Origin: Gemmatimonadota bacterium
GTDB taxonomy: Bacteria > Gemmatimonadota > Gemmatimonadetes > Palauibacterales > KS3-K002
Direction of reading: 5' to 3'
Length of the DNA: 64,000 nucleotides
Assembly: GCA_020350785.1 (NCBI GenBank)
Contig: CP070722.1
Span: 3,684,241 to 3,748,240, forward strand
Shown here: piece by piece, positions 36,694 through 46,616 of the stretch
Layout of the letters: each line of letters begins with the position of its first letter
Numbering within the stretch: position 1 is the first letter of the stretch
Made by a program: the position numbers and the translations under genes
The notes under the pieces: generated by a model
The model's database searches: none
Told to the model about the DNA's origin: nothing
Seen by the model: the letters and a program-made list of their open reading frames with translations, nothing else

Positions 36694-38034
36694 ATGCGCA
36701 GCGCTCTGATCCCGCTCTGGGCCCTCTTGACGCTCTGGTCGTGCCCGACAACCATGGCCGGGCAATGGGCAGGTGTGCCAAAGGCCGCCCTGCCGGAGGT
36801 GCCGTACTGGTGGCCTGTAGTCACCGACCAGAGTCTCGGGGTGGTGCCGCTCGCCTGGACGAACGATGTCGATGCGGTCGACGGCGGTTGTTGCGTCGTG
36901 GGCGCCGCGGCCCGCTACGAGCGAAACTCGACGATGCTCTGGTTCGGCATCGGCTTCGGAACCGACCCGGAAGGTGGGGCGCCCGCCGCGCTCGAGGCAG
37001 GTGCGGAAATCGAGGGCGGGACCGTCGCCTACCGCCAATTGCATGGCCGGGGCGCGTTCTCGGGATTCTACCCGGTTCACCTGCGATCGGGCGGCGGCAG
37101 GGTCGAGCAGGATCGGGTCGGCGTGGGATTGTCGGCGGTGTGGCTGGATGATCCACGCTACTTGGAGCCTTTCGTATTCTTCGATTGCCCAGAAGCGGCG
37201 CCCTCGGTCGCTTGCTCGCCCGTCCAGACATCATATCCGTGGAGTGATGGACGCGATCACGCTCTGGCTGTCGAGGCCGAGCTGGGAACGCGGAACTGGG
37301 GTCTACCGCGATTGGAGGGCAATCTAGTGGTGGGGCTGAAAGCCCTGGGAAGCACTTGGGACTATGTGCGCCTCGAGGCCGCAGCGGCGGTCGTCGACTC
37401 GGTTGTGGGGGCACGGCTGGAGGGACGCCTCAGCGCCGGCTGGAGCTCGACCGAGGCGCCATTGCAGAGGAGGTTCCTGCTCGATGGTGCCGACCCCATC
37501 ACCCGCTGGCTCAACCCGTACATTGAAGCTGCCGGCGCTCTTCTCTCCGATGTACCTTATTTCACCCCAGGCGGCCCTCACCTCAGGGCCTATGGAGCAA
37601 CGCGCCCGCTGACGAAGCGCTACATCGGAGCTGCCGCTGAGCTGAGCGAAGAGGAGCACACCAGGGAAGGGCTCTGGGGACGTGCCAGCATCTTCCTGGA
37701 AGCGGCTTGGACCCCCGGTCTACCTGATCGCTTCGGGCCCGAGCAGATCAACGCCGAGTCAACCCTGCTGTTCGATTGGCGCGAGCTCCCCGATGGCGAG
37801 GACCAGGCTCAAGGTCGATTCCGCGCGCGCGCTCTGAAGGTGGCAGAGATATGGGCCGATGCCGGGATCTCCTTCGCGGGCGGTTACGACAAGTTGGCGG
37901 TCGCGGTTGCCTTTCCGCTGTGGGCCAGCGCACCCGCGTTTGCCGACGAACCGATCACCGGCGAGAAGAAGGCGTTCGCCTTGCGCTGGACCCTTACCCT
38001 CACCTTTTATCCGACAGGCCGGCCCGCCCAATGA
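36694..38034 (+). CDS. Secreted/outer-membrane hypothetical protein (no recognisable domain)
   Basis: Signal peptide MRSALIPLWALLTLWSC. 446 aa Gly/Ala/Trp-rich with alternating beta-like segments. ATG 36694 lies 5 nt after thrC stop. Confidence 0.6.
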   Translation: MRSALIPLWALLTLWSCPTTMAGQWAGVPKAALPEVPYWWPVVTDQSLGVVPLAWTNDVDAVDGGCCVVGAAARYERNSTMLWFGIGFGTDPEGGAPAALEAGAEIEGGTVAYRQLHGRGAFSGFYPVHLRSGGGRVEQDRVGVGLSAVWLDDPRYLEPFVFFDCPEAAPSVACSPVQTSYPWSDGRDHALAVEAELGTRNWGLPRLEGNLVVGLKALGSTWDYVRLEAAAAVVDSVVGARLEGRLSAGWSSTEAPLQRRFLLDGADPITRWLNPYIEAAGALLSDVPYFTPGGPHLRAYGATRPLTKRYIGAAAELSEEEHTREGLWGRASIFLEAAWTPGLPDRFGPEQINAESTLLFDWRELPDGEDQAQGRFRARALKVAEIWADAGISFAGGYDKLAVAVAFPLWASAPAFADEPITGEKKAFALRWTLTLTFYPTGRPAQ

Positions 38035-39212
38035 TGAGTGGACCCCACCGCTGCCTGATCTTTGATCCCTTCTCGGGTATCAGTGGGGACATGATCCTGG
38101 CCGGCCTGCTCGATCTGGGACTCGCGGAAGAGTGGCTCCAGGAACTCGTGGGCGACCTGCCGCTGAAAGTGAAGGTCGAAACCAGCTCGGTCCTACGCGG
38201 CCCGATTCGAGCTCGCCGGGTCGTAGTCGGGCCTCGGGATGTCGAGCCGGACCGGCGCCTGGCCGACGTACTTCAAGTCCTGGACGCGGCCCAGGTGGTC
38301 GATAGCGCCCGAAAGCAAGCGGCAACCGCATTCCGGCGCCTGGCTGAAGCCGAGGCCGAGATCCATGGCGTCTCAGTCGATGAGGTCCAGTTCCACGAAG
38401 TAGGAGCCGCTGACGCGATCGTGGACATCCTGGGCGTCTGTGCCGGCGTTGCCGAACTAGGCGTGGAGATCGCCTATACGCGAGCTGCGGCCATTGGTCG
38501 AGGCTGGATTACCTCACAGCACGGCCAGCTGCCGCTGCCGGCGCCGGCCACGATGAAACTGCTGGAAGGAATCCCCGTCTTCGACAGCGGTCTGGATGGC
38601 GAGCTGGTGACGCCTACGGGCGCCGTGCTGCTTTCGGTGCTCACCGAGGGAAAGCCCGTCCCAGGCACGTTCCGACCCCTGCGTTCCGGCTTCGGTGCCG
38701 GCGGACGCAACCCTCCCGACCATCCCAACTGTCTCCGAATCGTTCTGGCCGAGCTCGCCAGCGCAGGCTCCCTGATGATGGTGCTGCAGGCAGACCTAGA
38801 CGACATGTCGCCGGAATACGTGCCGCCTCTGATCGACGCCCTGTTCAAAGCCGGAGCCACTGACGTGACGACATTGCCGGTTCAGATGAAGAAGGGGCGC
38901 ACCGGTGTGAGAATCGAGACCCTGGTGACCGAATCTCACCACCAGGCGGTCGCCGAGACCCTCTTGAGGGAGAGTACCACCCTCGGCTTGCGGTACTGGC
39001 ACGTCGATCGCCAAGTATTGCCTCGTGAGATCAAGACGATAGAATGGCGCGGAAACCCCATTCGCGTGAAGATCAGCACCACGCCCGGGGGGCACCTTCG
39101 CTACAAATTGGAGTATAGTGATGTGATCCAGGCAGCCCGTCGTACTGGTACATCCGCGCTAGCGACGCAGCGGGAGATCGAGCGGTCTCTTCGGCTGGAG
39201 GAAAAACGTTAA
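38031..39212 (+). CDS. larC: LarC-family (DUF111) nickel-pincer cofactor nickel-insertion protein
   Basis: Hallmark N-terminus LIFDPFSGISGDMILAGLLDLG. ~393 aa. ATGA overlap with upstream gene. Confidence 0.8.
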   Translation: MMSGPHRCLIFDPFSGISGDMILAGLLDLGLAEEWLQELVGDLPLKVKVETSSVLRGPIRARRVVVGPRDVEPDRRLADVLQVLDAAQVVDSARKQAATAFRRLAEAEAEIHGVSVDEVQFHEVGAADAIVDILGVCAGVAELGVEIAYTRAAAIGRGWITSQHGQLPLPAPATMKLLEGIPVFDSGLDGELVTPTGAVLLSVLTEGKPVPGTFRPLRSGFGAGGRNPPDHPNCLRIVLAELASAGSLMMVLQADLDDMSPEYVPPLIDALFKAGATDVTTLPVQMKKGRTGVRIETLVTESHHQAVAETLLRESTTLGLRYWHVDRQVLPREIKTIEWRGNPIRVKISTTPGGHLRYKLEYSDVIQAARRTGTSALATQREIERSLRLEEKR

Positions 39213-39276
39213 AAATCATACTTTTGTTGGCCTGCCGGATATCCGCACCCTGTTTGTCCTGAATGGGAGGGATTCG

Positions 39277-40779
39277 ATGAATCTGAGCCGTATTGGAGGA
39301 CTTGCGGCCACGGCCGCCGCGCTTGCCGTCCTGGCCGTGCCGGGCCTGGCGTCGGCGCAGGATTGTGAGGGAAGCAAGCCGAAAGGCGGGATGTGGCCGA
39401 CGAGCGCCGAACTGTATCTCACTCGCGCTCGTCAGAACCCTTATCCCGATGAGAAGCGGAGCCTCTTCAACCAGGCCCTCGAGGTTGCTGTGGATGGGTT
39501 CGCGAAGCAGTCGGACAACCCGCGTAACTACGAGCTGGCCGGACAGGCCTACGTCGGTCTCAACGATCTCGCCGGAGCCGACAGTGTGTTCCGGAAGGCC
39601 GTCGAGCTCTGGTCGTGCTACGCCGGTCGAATCGATACGCTGCGTTTCAATGCCTGGGCCATCGCTTTCAACCGGGGTATCCAGTACTCCCAGAGCGGCG
39701 ATGAAGAGAAGGCAATAGCCGAATACAAGAGCGCCTGGACGATCTACGACGAAATGCCGCAGCCGATGCTGCAAATCGGTCAGATCTACGCCCGGCGCGC
39801 CGCCGTGGCAGAAACACCCGAGGACCAGACTGCGGCACAGGAGGAGGCCCTTGCCGCTTTTCGCATGGCCCTGACTGTCATCGAGGAGCGCGGTGCACGC
39901 TTGACCCCCGAGCAGCGACAGGAGTACAGTCGCGCGGCGGCCTTCAACTTGGCCCAGATGCTGGCGTTCGAGGGCAAGTACCTGGAGGCGGCAGCCGAGT
40001 ATGATCGTTTCCTGGCCATGGATCCCGACAACGTGGACGCAGTGACAAACGCCGCTGTCGTGCTGACTCGGGCGTCGCAGGAATTCAAGCAGCAAGCCGC
40101 CGACGTGGAGGAGGGAGCCGAAAAGGATTCGCTGCTGGCAGAGGGTGCGGCGCTGTCTGAGCGAGCAGCTGGATACTACTCCGATTTGCTGGCACGTGAG
40201 GATTTGTCGGCCGGCGAGTACTACAATATTGGCCTAGGCCTGACGCAGTTGCAGGAATACGGCCGGGCAAGCACGTCCTTTCAGCGCGCTGCCGAGAAAG
40301 CACCCTATAACGAACGCATTTTGGCGCAGCTGGCCTTCGTCCTCTTTTCTGAGGCAATGTACGACTCGTTGGCCGTCGTTGCGAAGAAGCTTGTCGACAA
40401 CTATCCGCTCAACCTAAACAACATGGCGCTTCTCGCGAACGCGTACCGCGAGCTCGATAACAGTGAAGGCGCCCTCGCCATCCTAGAGAGACGGGAAACC
40501 CTCAAGATGGAACTCGTCGATCTTGCGCTCGAGGGCGGAGAGGGTGAGTTCAAGCTCGTCGGCGCATTGCACAACATCGCGCTTGAGCCGGGGAGCACCG
40601 TCGACGTCGAGTTCCATTTCCATGACGCAACCGGCGCTCGTGTCTCGAGCCAAGCCGTGACCTTAGAGGCCCCTGAGCAGGGAACCGATGCCTCGTTCTC
40701 CGTCGATACGACTTCCTCGGAGACCATCGTCGGTTTCAGCTACAACCTGCTGGAGAGCGCAGCGCAAACCGCAAACTAG
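39277..40779 (+). CDS. Secreted tetratricopeptide-repeat protein
   Basis: Signal peptide ending AVPGLASA|QD. Multiple TPR-like helical repeats (AxxYxxAL motifs). Confidence 0.75.
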   Translation: MNLSRIGGLAATAAALAVLAVPGLASAQDCEGSKPKGGMWPTSAELYLTRARQNPYPDEKRSLFNQALEVAVDGFAKQSDNPRNYELAGQAYVGLNDLAGADSVFRKAVELWSCYAGRIDTLRFNAWAIAFNRGIQYSQSGDEEKAIAEYKSAWTIYDEMPQPMLQIGQIYARRAAVAETPEDQTAAQEEALAAFRMALTVIEERGARLTPEQRQEYSRAAAFNLAQMLAFEGKYLEAAAEYDRFLAMDPDNVDAVTNAAVVLTRASQEFKQQAADVEEGAEKDSLLAEGAALSERAAGYYSDLLAREDLSAGEYYNIGLGLTQLQEYGRASTSFQRAAEKAPYNERILAQLAFVLFSEAMYDSLAVVAKKLVDNYPLNLNNMALLANAYRELDNSEGALAILERRETLKMELVDLALEGGEGEFKLVGALHNIALEPGSTVDVEFHFHDATGARVSSQAVTLEAPEQGTDASFSVDTTSSETIVGFSYNLLESAAQTAN

Positions 40780-40807
40780 CACCGCTCTGCAACCTGATTC
40801 ACTGCAA

Positions 40808-40848
40808 GGCGCCGGGGCACCGCGCGAGAGCCCCGGCGCCTTCTTGTT
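40808..40848 (+). terminator. Intrinsic terminator after TPR gene
   Basis: GGCGCCGGGGC-(11 nt)-GCCCCGGCGCC perfect 11-bp stem followed by TTCTTGTT. Confidence 0.8.
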
Positions 40849-40951
40849 AGGTGCTTCTCCATCTCCCCGGGGAGCCGCGATGGACGATTGACAACGACTC
40901 CCGGCGCTCGCTGGGGGGGCTGAGGCATCTAGGTTTCGAGTAAAGCTGTAG

Positions 40952-40979
40952 TTGACAGAGGGTAAGTGACACGTAGATT
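40952..40979 (+). promoter_or_regulatory. Sigma70-like promoter candidate for der operon
   Basis: TTGACA (40952-40957) - 16 nt - TAGATT (40974-40979). Lies in the 268-nt gap upstream of der. Confidence 0.4.
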
Positions 40980-41046
40980 TGTGCTTATCCTTGCCTGGCT
41001 TGAGTATTACACGAGTCAGCGATTGGGCGTTTTCGGGTACGACCTC

Positions 41047-42426
41047 ATGACAGATTCTCAGCGGAACGGCGGTGCAGTGAGCGAGGCAGAGACCAGGTCC
41101 ACGACTCTGCCTGTGGTAGCGATCATTGGACGACCGAACGTCGGGACGTCGACTTTCTTCAATCGCATCGTCGGAGGCCGGCGGGCGATTGTGGATAGCG
41201 TGTCGGGCGTCACACGCGATGTCCATTTTGCGGAGGCGTTCTGGGCGGGCCGTCGATTCTACGTAGTGGATACCGGCGGAATTCTGGAGGATGCGGAGGG
41301 CGAGCTGGACCAGGCGGTTTGCCGTCAAGCGTTGGGGGCGCTGGAGGAGGCTGACCTGATAGTGTTCATGGTGGATGGGCGCGAGGGCATTCACCCGCTG
41401 GACACGCACATAGCCGAGCTGCTGCGCCGCCGTGAGGCGAATCTGATGGTCGTTGTCAACAAGATCGACGATTTGCCGGACGCGACTGATCACCTGGAGT
41501 TCTATCGTTTGGGGTTAGGAGAGCCTTATCCGTTGTCGGCAGCGAGCGGGAGGGGGAGCGGGGACCTTCTGGACGCGATCCTCGAGCGCCTGCCGGCCTG
41601 GCCACAAGCCGAGGCGGAGGGCTCGAGCCTCAGGCTTGCAGTGATTGGGCGTCCCAATGTTGGCAAGTCGAGTTTCATCAACAAGATCCTCGGGTCGGAT
41701 CGCCTCGTGGTCGCCGCGACGGCCGGAACGACGCGTGATTCCATCGACACGCCCTACGTGCACGACGGCCGCCATTTCGTCTTTGTTGACACGGCAGGGT
41801 TGCGGCGGCGCAGCCGCGTGGCAAAAGGGCTCGAGTACTACGCCATGGTTCGCACCCTGCGCAGTATCGATCGTGCCGATGTCTGTCTCGTGATCGTCGA
41901 TGTAAGCGAGGGCGTAGGAAACCAAGATTTCAAGATCGCGCGCTTGGCCTGGGATCGGGGTTGCGGGCTTGTCTTGCTGGTAAACAAATGGGATCTAGTG
42001 GAGAAGGACACCCACACCGCCGTTCGCTTGGAGAAGGAGCTCCGAAACCGCGTGCCGTTCCTCCAAGCGGTGCCCATCGTCTTCATATCGGCGCTGACCG
42101 GGCAGCGTGTCCAGCGGGCTCTAGACTTGGCGTGGGCCGTCGGAGAGGAGCGAGCGAAGCGTATCGAGACGAGCGAGTTCAATGAACGATTGCGCGACCT
42201 CGTCGATACGGTCCAACCACCGCAGCGAAGGGGCAGGCCACTGAAATTCCTCTACGGCACGCAAGTTCGCAGCAAGCCACCGGTCTTCGCCCTGTGGACC
42301 AATTATCCCAGAGATGTCCCCGACAGCTACCTGCGTTATCTGATGAACGGATTCCGAAAGGCCTGGGGGTTTCAGGGAAGCCCTATCAAGATCCGTTTGC
42401 GCGCCCGCAGGAAGGAGCGTCTGTGA
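41047..42426 (+). CDS. der: Ribosome-associated GTPase Der/EngA (tandem G domains + KH-like domain)
   Basis: Two G1 motifs (GRPNVGTSTFFN and GRPNVGKSSFIN), two DTAG motifs. Start uncertain: ATG 41047, or in-frame GTG ~41113/40966. Confidence 0.9.
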   Translation: MTDSQRNGGAVSEAETRSTTLPVVAIIGRPNVGTSTFFNRIVGGRRAIVDSVSGVTRDVHFAEAFWAGRRFYVVDTGGILEDAEGELDQAVCRQALGALEEADLIVFMVDGREGIHPLDTHIAELLRRREANLMVVVNKIDDLPDATDHLEFYRLGLGEPYPLSAASGRGSGDLLDAILERLPAWPQAEAEGSSLRLAVIGRPNVGKSSFINKILGSDRLVVAATAGTTRDSIDTPYVHDGRHFVFVDTAGLRRRSRVAKGLEYYAMVRTLRSIDRADVCLVIVDVSEGVGNQDFKIARLAWDRGCGLVLLVNKWDLVEKDTHTAVRLEKELRNRVPFLQAVPIVFISALTGQRVQRALDLAWAVGEERAKRIETSEFNERLRDLVDTVQPPQRRGRPLKFLYGTQVRSKPPVFALWTNYPRDVPDSYLRYLMNGFRKAWGFQGSPIKIRLRARRKERL

Positions 42427-43070
42427 GAGTCATCCTTCTGTGCCTGCTGGCATACCTGTTGGGTTCGATTCCGACCAGCCTCTGGCTGGCGAGGAGGCGT
42501 GGCATCGATCTTCGCCAGTGGGGGAGTGGCAATCTAGGAGCCACAAATCTGTATCGAGCTACCGGACCCGGCTTGGCCGCCTTCTGCATGGTGTTCGACA
42601 TCAGCAAGGGTCTGATTCCCACCTTGTTCTTCCCGGAGCTCGATGGAGTCAGCCTGCCACAACTCGCCTTGCTTTACGGCGCGGCGGCGGTAATCGGGCA
42701 CATCTTCTCTCTTTTTGCACGATTCCGAGGCGGCAAGGGTGTCGCGACGGGTGCCGGCGTCTATGTCGCGCTGGCTCCAGCGGCGGTGGGCCTGGCCTTC
42801 GCCGTCTGGCTGGTGGTCGTGTCAGCTACTCGAATCGTTTCTGTGGCATCGCTGTCGGCGGCGACGCTGCTGCCTGCGGGTGTATGGTTGAGCGGACATC
42901 GTTTCGATTTCGTCTTTTGGTCGAGCCTACCCCTGGCCTCCCTGGTCTGGTGGACGCACCGATCGAACGTCCGTCGCTTGCTCGCCGGCCGGGAGCCGCG
43001 GGTCGCACGGGGGTCGGGTAGGCCAGCGGACCCGGGGGCGCGTCCGCACGAATCCAGTAGTGAGGCGTAG
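42423..43070 (+). CDS. plsY: Glycerol-3-phosphate acyltransferase PlsY
   Basis: GSIPTSLWLARRRGIDLRQWGSGNLGATN motif. GTG start overlaps der stop. Confidence 0.88.
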   Translation: MRVILLCLLAYLLGSIPTSLWLARRRGIDLRQWGSGNLGATNLYRATGPGLAAFCMVFDISKGLIPTLFFPELDGVSLPQLALLYGAAAVIGHIFSLFARFRGGKGVATGAGVYVALAPAAVGLAFAVWLVVVSATRIVSVASLSAATLLPAGVWLSGHRFDFVFWSSLPLASLVWWTHRSNVRRLLAGREPRVARGSGRPADPGARPHESSSEA

Positions 43071-43072
43071 CC

Positions 43073-44089
43073 ATGGGTCGTGCAGCGGTTATCGGTGCAG
43101 GGAGCTGGGGCACGGCGCTAGCCAAGGTCTTGGGAGAGAAGGGTCATCAGGTCCGGATGTGGAGCTACGAAGCGTCAGTAGCGGACCAGATTCGCGAGGA
43201 CAGGGTGAACCACGAGTATCTCCCCGACGTAATGCTGCCGGACAACATCGACGTTCGTCTGCAACACGCGGAAGTCCTCGAGGATTCCGAGGTTGTCATC
43301 GTTGTCGTCCCATCTCATGCCTTTCGTCAGGTCATGAGCGAGGCAGCGCCGTACGTGCCGCCTCGCGCCCTGGTCCTGTCGGCGACCAAAGGCATTGAGG
43401 TCGACACGCTCAAGCGGCCGAGCGAGGTCCTCAGGGCACTACTACCACGTCACCGCGAGCCGGGCGTGCTTTCCGGCCCGACCTTCGCCCGTGAGGTCGG
43501 GGAAGGGGATCCGACGGCCTTGGTGGTCGCCTCTCGCGATCCCGATTTGGCGAGGGAGGCACAGGGCTTCTTCAACACTGAGCGCTTCCGAGTTTACACC
43601 AATGACGACGTCATCGGCGTCGAATTGGCCGCCTCCCTCAAGAACGTGATTGCCCTCGCCGCAGGGATCGCGGCTGGCCTCGGCTACCGCAACAATAGCC
43701 GGGCCGCTCTCGTCACCCGCGGCCTCGCGGAGATTACCCGGCTCGGACTCGCCATGGGGGCGCGGGCATCGACCTTCGCCGGACTCGCCGGGTTGGGCGA
43801 CCTGGTTCTCACCTGCTCCTCGGAGCTCAGCCGCAATCGCACGGTTGGAGTGAGGCTGGGCCGGGGAGAGACTCTCAAAGACATCCTCGCCAGCATGAAG
43901 ATGGTGGCTGAGGGCGTGCTGACTACGAAAGCTGCCCGCGCCCTGGCCCACACTCACCGCGTCGAGATGCCCATCGTCGACGAAGTGCATCACATTCTCT
44001 TCGAGGGCAAACCTCCCAAACGCGCCACGGCCGATCTCATGCTGCGAGAGCCAAAACCCGAGCTCTGGGGAGGGTCCCATGCGACGTGA
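43073..44089 (+). CDS. gpsA: NAD(P)H-dependent glycerol-3-phosphate dehydrogenase
   Basis: AAVIGAGSWGTALA Rossmann motif. Conserved plsY-gpsA linkage. Confidence 0.92.
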   Translation: MGRAAVIGAGSWGTALAKVLGEKGHQVRMWSYEASVADQIREDRVNHEYLPDVMLPDNIDVRLQHAEVLEDSEVVIVVVPSHAFRQVMSEAAPYVPPRALVLSATKGIEVDTLKRPSEVLRALLPRHREPGVLSGPTFAREVGEGDPTALVVASRDPDLAREAQGFFNTERFRVYTNDDVIGVELAASLKNVIALAAGIAAGLGYRNNSRAALVTRGLAEITRLGLAMGARASTFAGLAGLGDLVLTCSSELSRNRTVGVRLGRGETLKDILASMKMVAEGVLTTKAARALAHTHRVEMPIVDEVHHILFEGKPPKRATADLMLREPKPELWGGSHAT

Positions 44090-44441
44090 GCGCATCGCGC
44101 GCCGGGAGTACTTCTCCATAGGAGAGGTCTGCGAACTGGCCGGCCTCAAGCCCCACGTGCTACGCTACTGGGAAACACAGTTCAAGGAGCTGAGCCCGTC
44201 CAAGAACCGTGCTGGCAACCGTGTGTACCGAGCTCGCGAGATCAAGTTGATCGAGCTGGTCAAGCACCTGCTCTACGACGAGAAGTACACTATCGATGGG
44301 GCTCGGCGTAAGCTGGAGAGATTGCGAGAGGACGGGGAGCTGGAACGAGCGGCCGGGCGCGAACTCGACCGTCAGGCGTTGAGCAGGCTGCGGGAAGGGC
44401 TGCAAGAGCTGATCGGCACGCTGGAGGGCGAGGAGCGATGA
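44079..44441 (+). CDS. MerR-family HTH regulator, short form with C-terminal coiled coil (HspR-like size class)
   Basis: HTH YFSIGEVCELAGLKPHVLRYWE. 120 aa with no effector domain. Start overlaps gpsA 3' end by 11 nt. Confidence 0.65.
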   Translation: MRRERIARREYFSIGEVCELAGLKPHVLRYWETQFKELSPSKNRAGNRVYRAREIKLIELVKHLLYDEKYTIDGARRKLERLREDGELERAAGRELDRQALSRLREGLQELIGTLEGEER

Positions 44442-44484
44442 TGTGCCGAGGACTGAGCCTGGAGCGCTGAGCGGTGGTTCGAGC

Positions 44485-45252
44485 TTGAGCAAGCGTATTC
44501 TCTGCACCAACGATGATGGGTACCTCGCGCCCGGCCTGGCCCTGTTAGCCCGTGTGGCCTCGCGACTCGGCGACGTGACGGTAGTGGCGCCAGATCGAGA
44601 ACAGAGCGCTACAAGCCACTCCTTGACTGTTCACCGCCCGCTGAGAATCAGTCAGACAGAGACGGGTCTGTTCCATGTCGATGGCACGCCCACCGATTGC
44701 GTCCTACTTGCGCTTGGCGGCGCCGTACTCGACAGCCCACCGGACCTCGTTCTGTCGGGGGTCAATCACGGCCCCAATCTGGGCGAAGACGTGCTGTACT
44801 CGGGAACCGTGGCCGCCGCCATGGAAGCTACGTTGCTGGGGATCCCTTCCATCGCACTCTCCTTTGCGACGGAGGTGTTCGAGCCCCCGGGCCCTGAGTA
44901 CGAGAGACTCTTGACGGAGCTGCTGACGCCGCTGATCCACCGGGATGCCTTTCCGGAAGGGACGCTGCTCAATATCAACGTTCCACCGATCCCGCCGGCT
45001 GAAGTCAAGGGGATAAGGGTTGCGACTCTGGGCCGGCGCGTCTACGTGGAGTCTTTGACTCGCAGCCGCGACCCTTATGGCCGCGAGTACATCTGGATCG
45101 GCGGTGGGAAGAGCGAATGGTCGGGTCGAGAGGACTCCGATTTCAAGGCGGTGGCTGCCGGGTATATCTCATTGACACCATTGCATTTAGACCTAACCAA
45201 CTACAGCCTGCTCGAGGAGATCCGCAGCTGGGGATTGAGCTCAGAGACCTAG
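44485..45252 (+). CDS. surE: 5'/3'-nucleotidase SurE
   Basis: RILCTNDDGY N-terminal motif. TTG 44485 with GGTGG SD gives a canonical N-terminus. GTG 44443 is the track start. Confidence 0.85.
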   Translation: MSKRILCTNDDGYLAPGLALLARVASRLGDVTVVAPDREQSATSHSLTVHRPLRISQTETGLFHVDGTPTDCVLLALGGAVLDSPPDLVLSGVNHGPNLGEDVLYSGTVAAAMEATLLGIPSIALSFATEVFEPPGPEYERLLTELLTPLIHRDAFPEGTLLNINVPPIPPAEVKGIRVATLGRRVYVESLTRSRDPYGREYIWIGGGKSEWSGREDSDFKAVAAGYISLTPLHLDLTNYSLLEEIRSWGLSSET

Positions 45253-45278
45253 AGTCTCATCGCGAACGCCGGCGCCGA

Positions 45279-45902
45279 TTGGTCGAACGCTTGCGAGAGA
45301 CGGGCGTCAGCGACCTGTCCGTCCTGCACGCCTTCTATCGCGTTCCCCGCCATCTCTTTGTACCTGATGTCTTCGAGGCGCGGGCCTACGCGGACGAGGC
45401 TCTCCCTCTGGGGCAGGGCCAGACGATCTCCAAACCGAGTACACACGCGCTCTTCCTGCAGTCACTCAGTTTGAGCGGAGACGAACGGGTTCTCGAGATA
45501 GGCACCGGCTCCGGTTTTCAAACGGCGCTGCTGGCCACACTGTGCGAGCGCGTGTTCTCGATCGAGTGCATGGCGGAATTGGCAGGGAGAGCCAGGGCGC
45601 GGATCGAGGCGCTGGGACTATCGAACGTCGTGATCCGCGTCGGCGATGGCACATACGGCTGGCGCACCTACGCGCCTTTTGACGCGATCCTCGTCGCGGC
45701 GTGCGCCGAGAAGGTGCCAGAGCCGCTCGTGGAGCAGTTGAGATCCGGTGGACAGCTCTTGATACCGGTGGGAGGCGCGGAGACACAGACGCTACACCGC
45801 TTGACCAAGGAGGGAGAGGGCACCGTGAAGGATGAGGTCATCGCGCCGGTACGATTCGTAGGGCTTCGCAGCGAACCGGGCGACGGGGAAGTCTCGAGAT
45901 GA
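45279..45902 (+). CDS. pcm: Protein-L-isoaspartate O-methyltransferase
   Basis: VLEIGTGSGFQTALLA SAM motif. Conserved surE-pcm pairing. TTG 45279 is the first start after surE stop. The track ORF begins upstream inside surE. Confidence 0.85.
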   Translation: MVERLRETGVSDLSVLHAFYRVPRHLFVPDVFEARAYADEALPLGQGQTISKPSTHALFLQSLSLSGDERVLEIGTGSGFQTALLATLCERVFSIECMAELAGRARARIEALGLSNVVIRVGDGTYGWRTYAPFDAILVAACAEKVPEPLVEQLRSGGQLLIPVGGAETQTLHRLTKEGEGTVKDEVIAPVRFVGLRSEPGDGEVSR

Positions 45903-46534
45903 CGGGCGAGGTCTCGGGAGCCCGGGCGCCCAGCGTCCCGGTCAAGAGGTCCTGGGTGCGCCGCCTCTATGATTGGGTCCTGGGGTGGGCGGAATCGGCT
46001 TATGGATCCGCTGCGCTCTTCGTGTTGGCCTTTGTCGAGGCATCGTTTTTTCTGGTGCCGCCGGACGTGCTTCTGATCGCACTTTGCGTTGGCAAGCCTC
46101 GGCGCAGCCTCTTCTTCGCCGGTCTTTGCACGGCGGGCTCGGTGATGGGAGGTATATTCGGGTATGTGATCGGTTATCAGCTGTATGAGTTTATCGGTCG
46201 CCCGATCATCGAGTTCTACGACGCCGGCGCGGCCTTCCAACGGGTAGGCGACCTCTATAAAGCCAACCTCGTGATGGCTCTCGGCACGGCCGGATTCACG
46301 CCTATCCCCTACAAGGTCTTCACGATCGCGGCCGGGGCGTTTGCCGTACCGTTTCTGCCCTTTGTAGCGATTTCAGCGGTGAGCAGGGGGGCCCGCTTCT
46401 TTCTGGTAGCCGGCCTGATCCGACGCTGGGGCCCGCAGATCCGGACTTTCATCGACCGCTACTTCAACTTGCTGACACTCGTCTTCGTCGCAGCGTTGAT
46501 CGTCGGTTTCATCGTCCTCAAGTATTTGCATTAG
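45899..46534 (+). CDS. DedA/YqaA-family membrane protein
   Basis: ~4-5 TM helices. Conserved G-x-x-x-G-containing re-entrant region (GLIRRWG). ATGA overlap with pcm. Confidence 0.65.
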   Translation: MTGEVSGARAPSVPVKRSWVRRLYDWVLGWAESAYGSAALFVLAFVEASFFLVPPDVLLIALCVGKPRRSLFFAGLCTAGSVMGGIFGYVIGYQLYEFIGRPIIEFYDAGAAFQRVGDLYKANLVMALGTAGFTPIPYKVFTIAAGAFAVPFLPFVAISAVSRGARFFLVAGLIRRWGPQIRTFIDRYFNLLTLVFVAALIVGFIVLKYLH

Positions 46535-46616
46535 CAGCGATATTCGAGGTTTGACCGAAATCCCGGGGCGTGTAGATTTGGTCGGGCGCAAATCAGGAAG
46601 GAGGAGTCCGAGAACA

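Noticed and set aside
36695-36740. Possible lipobox (LTLWSC) in the 36694..38034 protein.
   Set aside because: Position -2 is Trp, which does not fit the [LVI][ASTVI][GAS]C consensus. Treated as an ordinary signal peptide.
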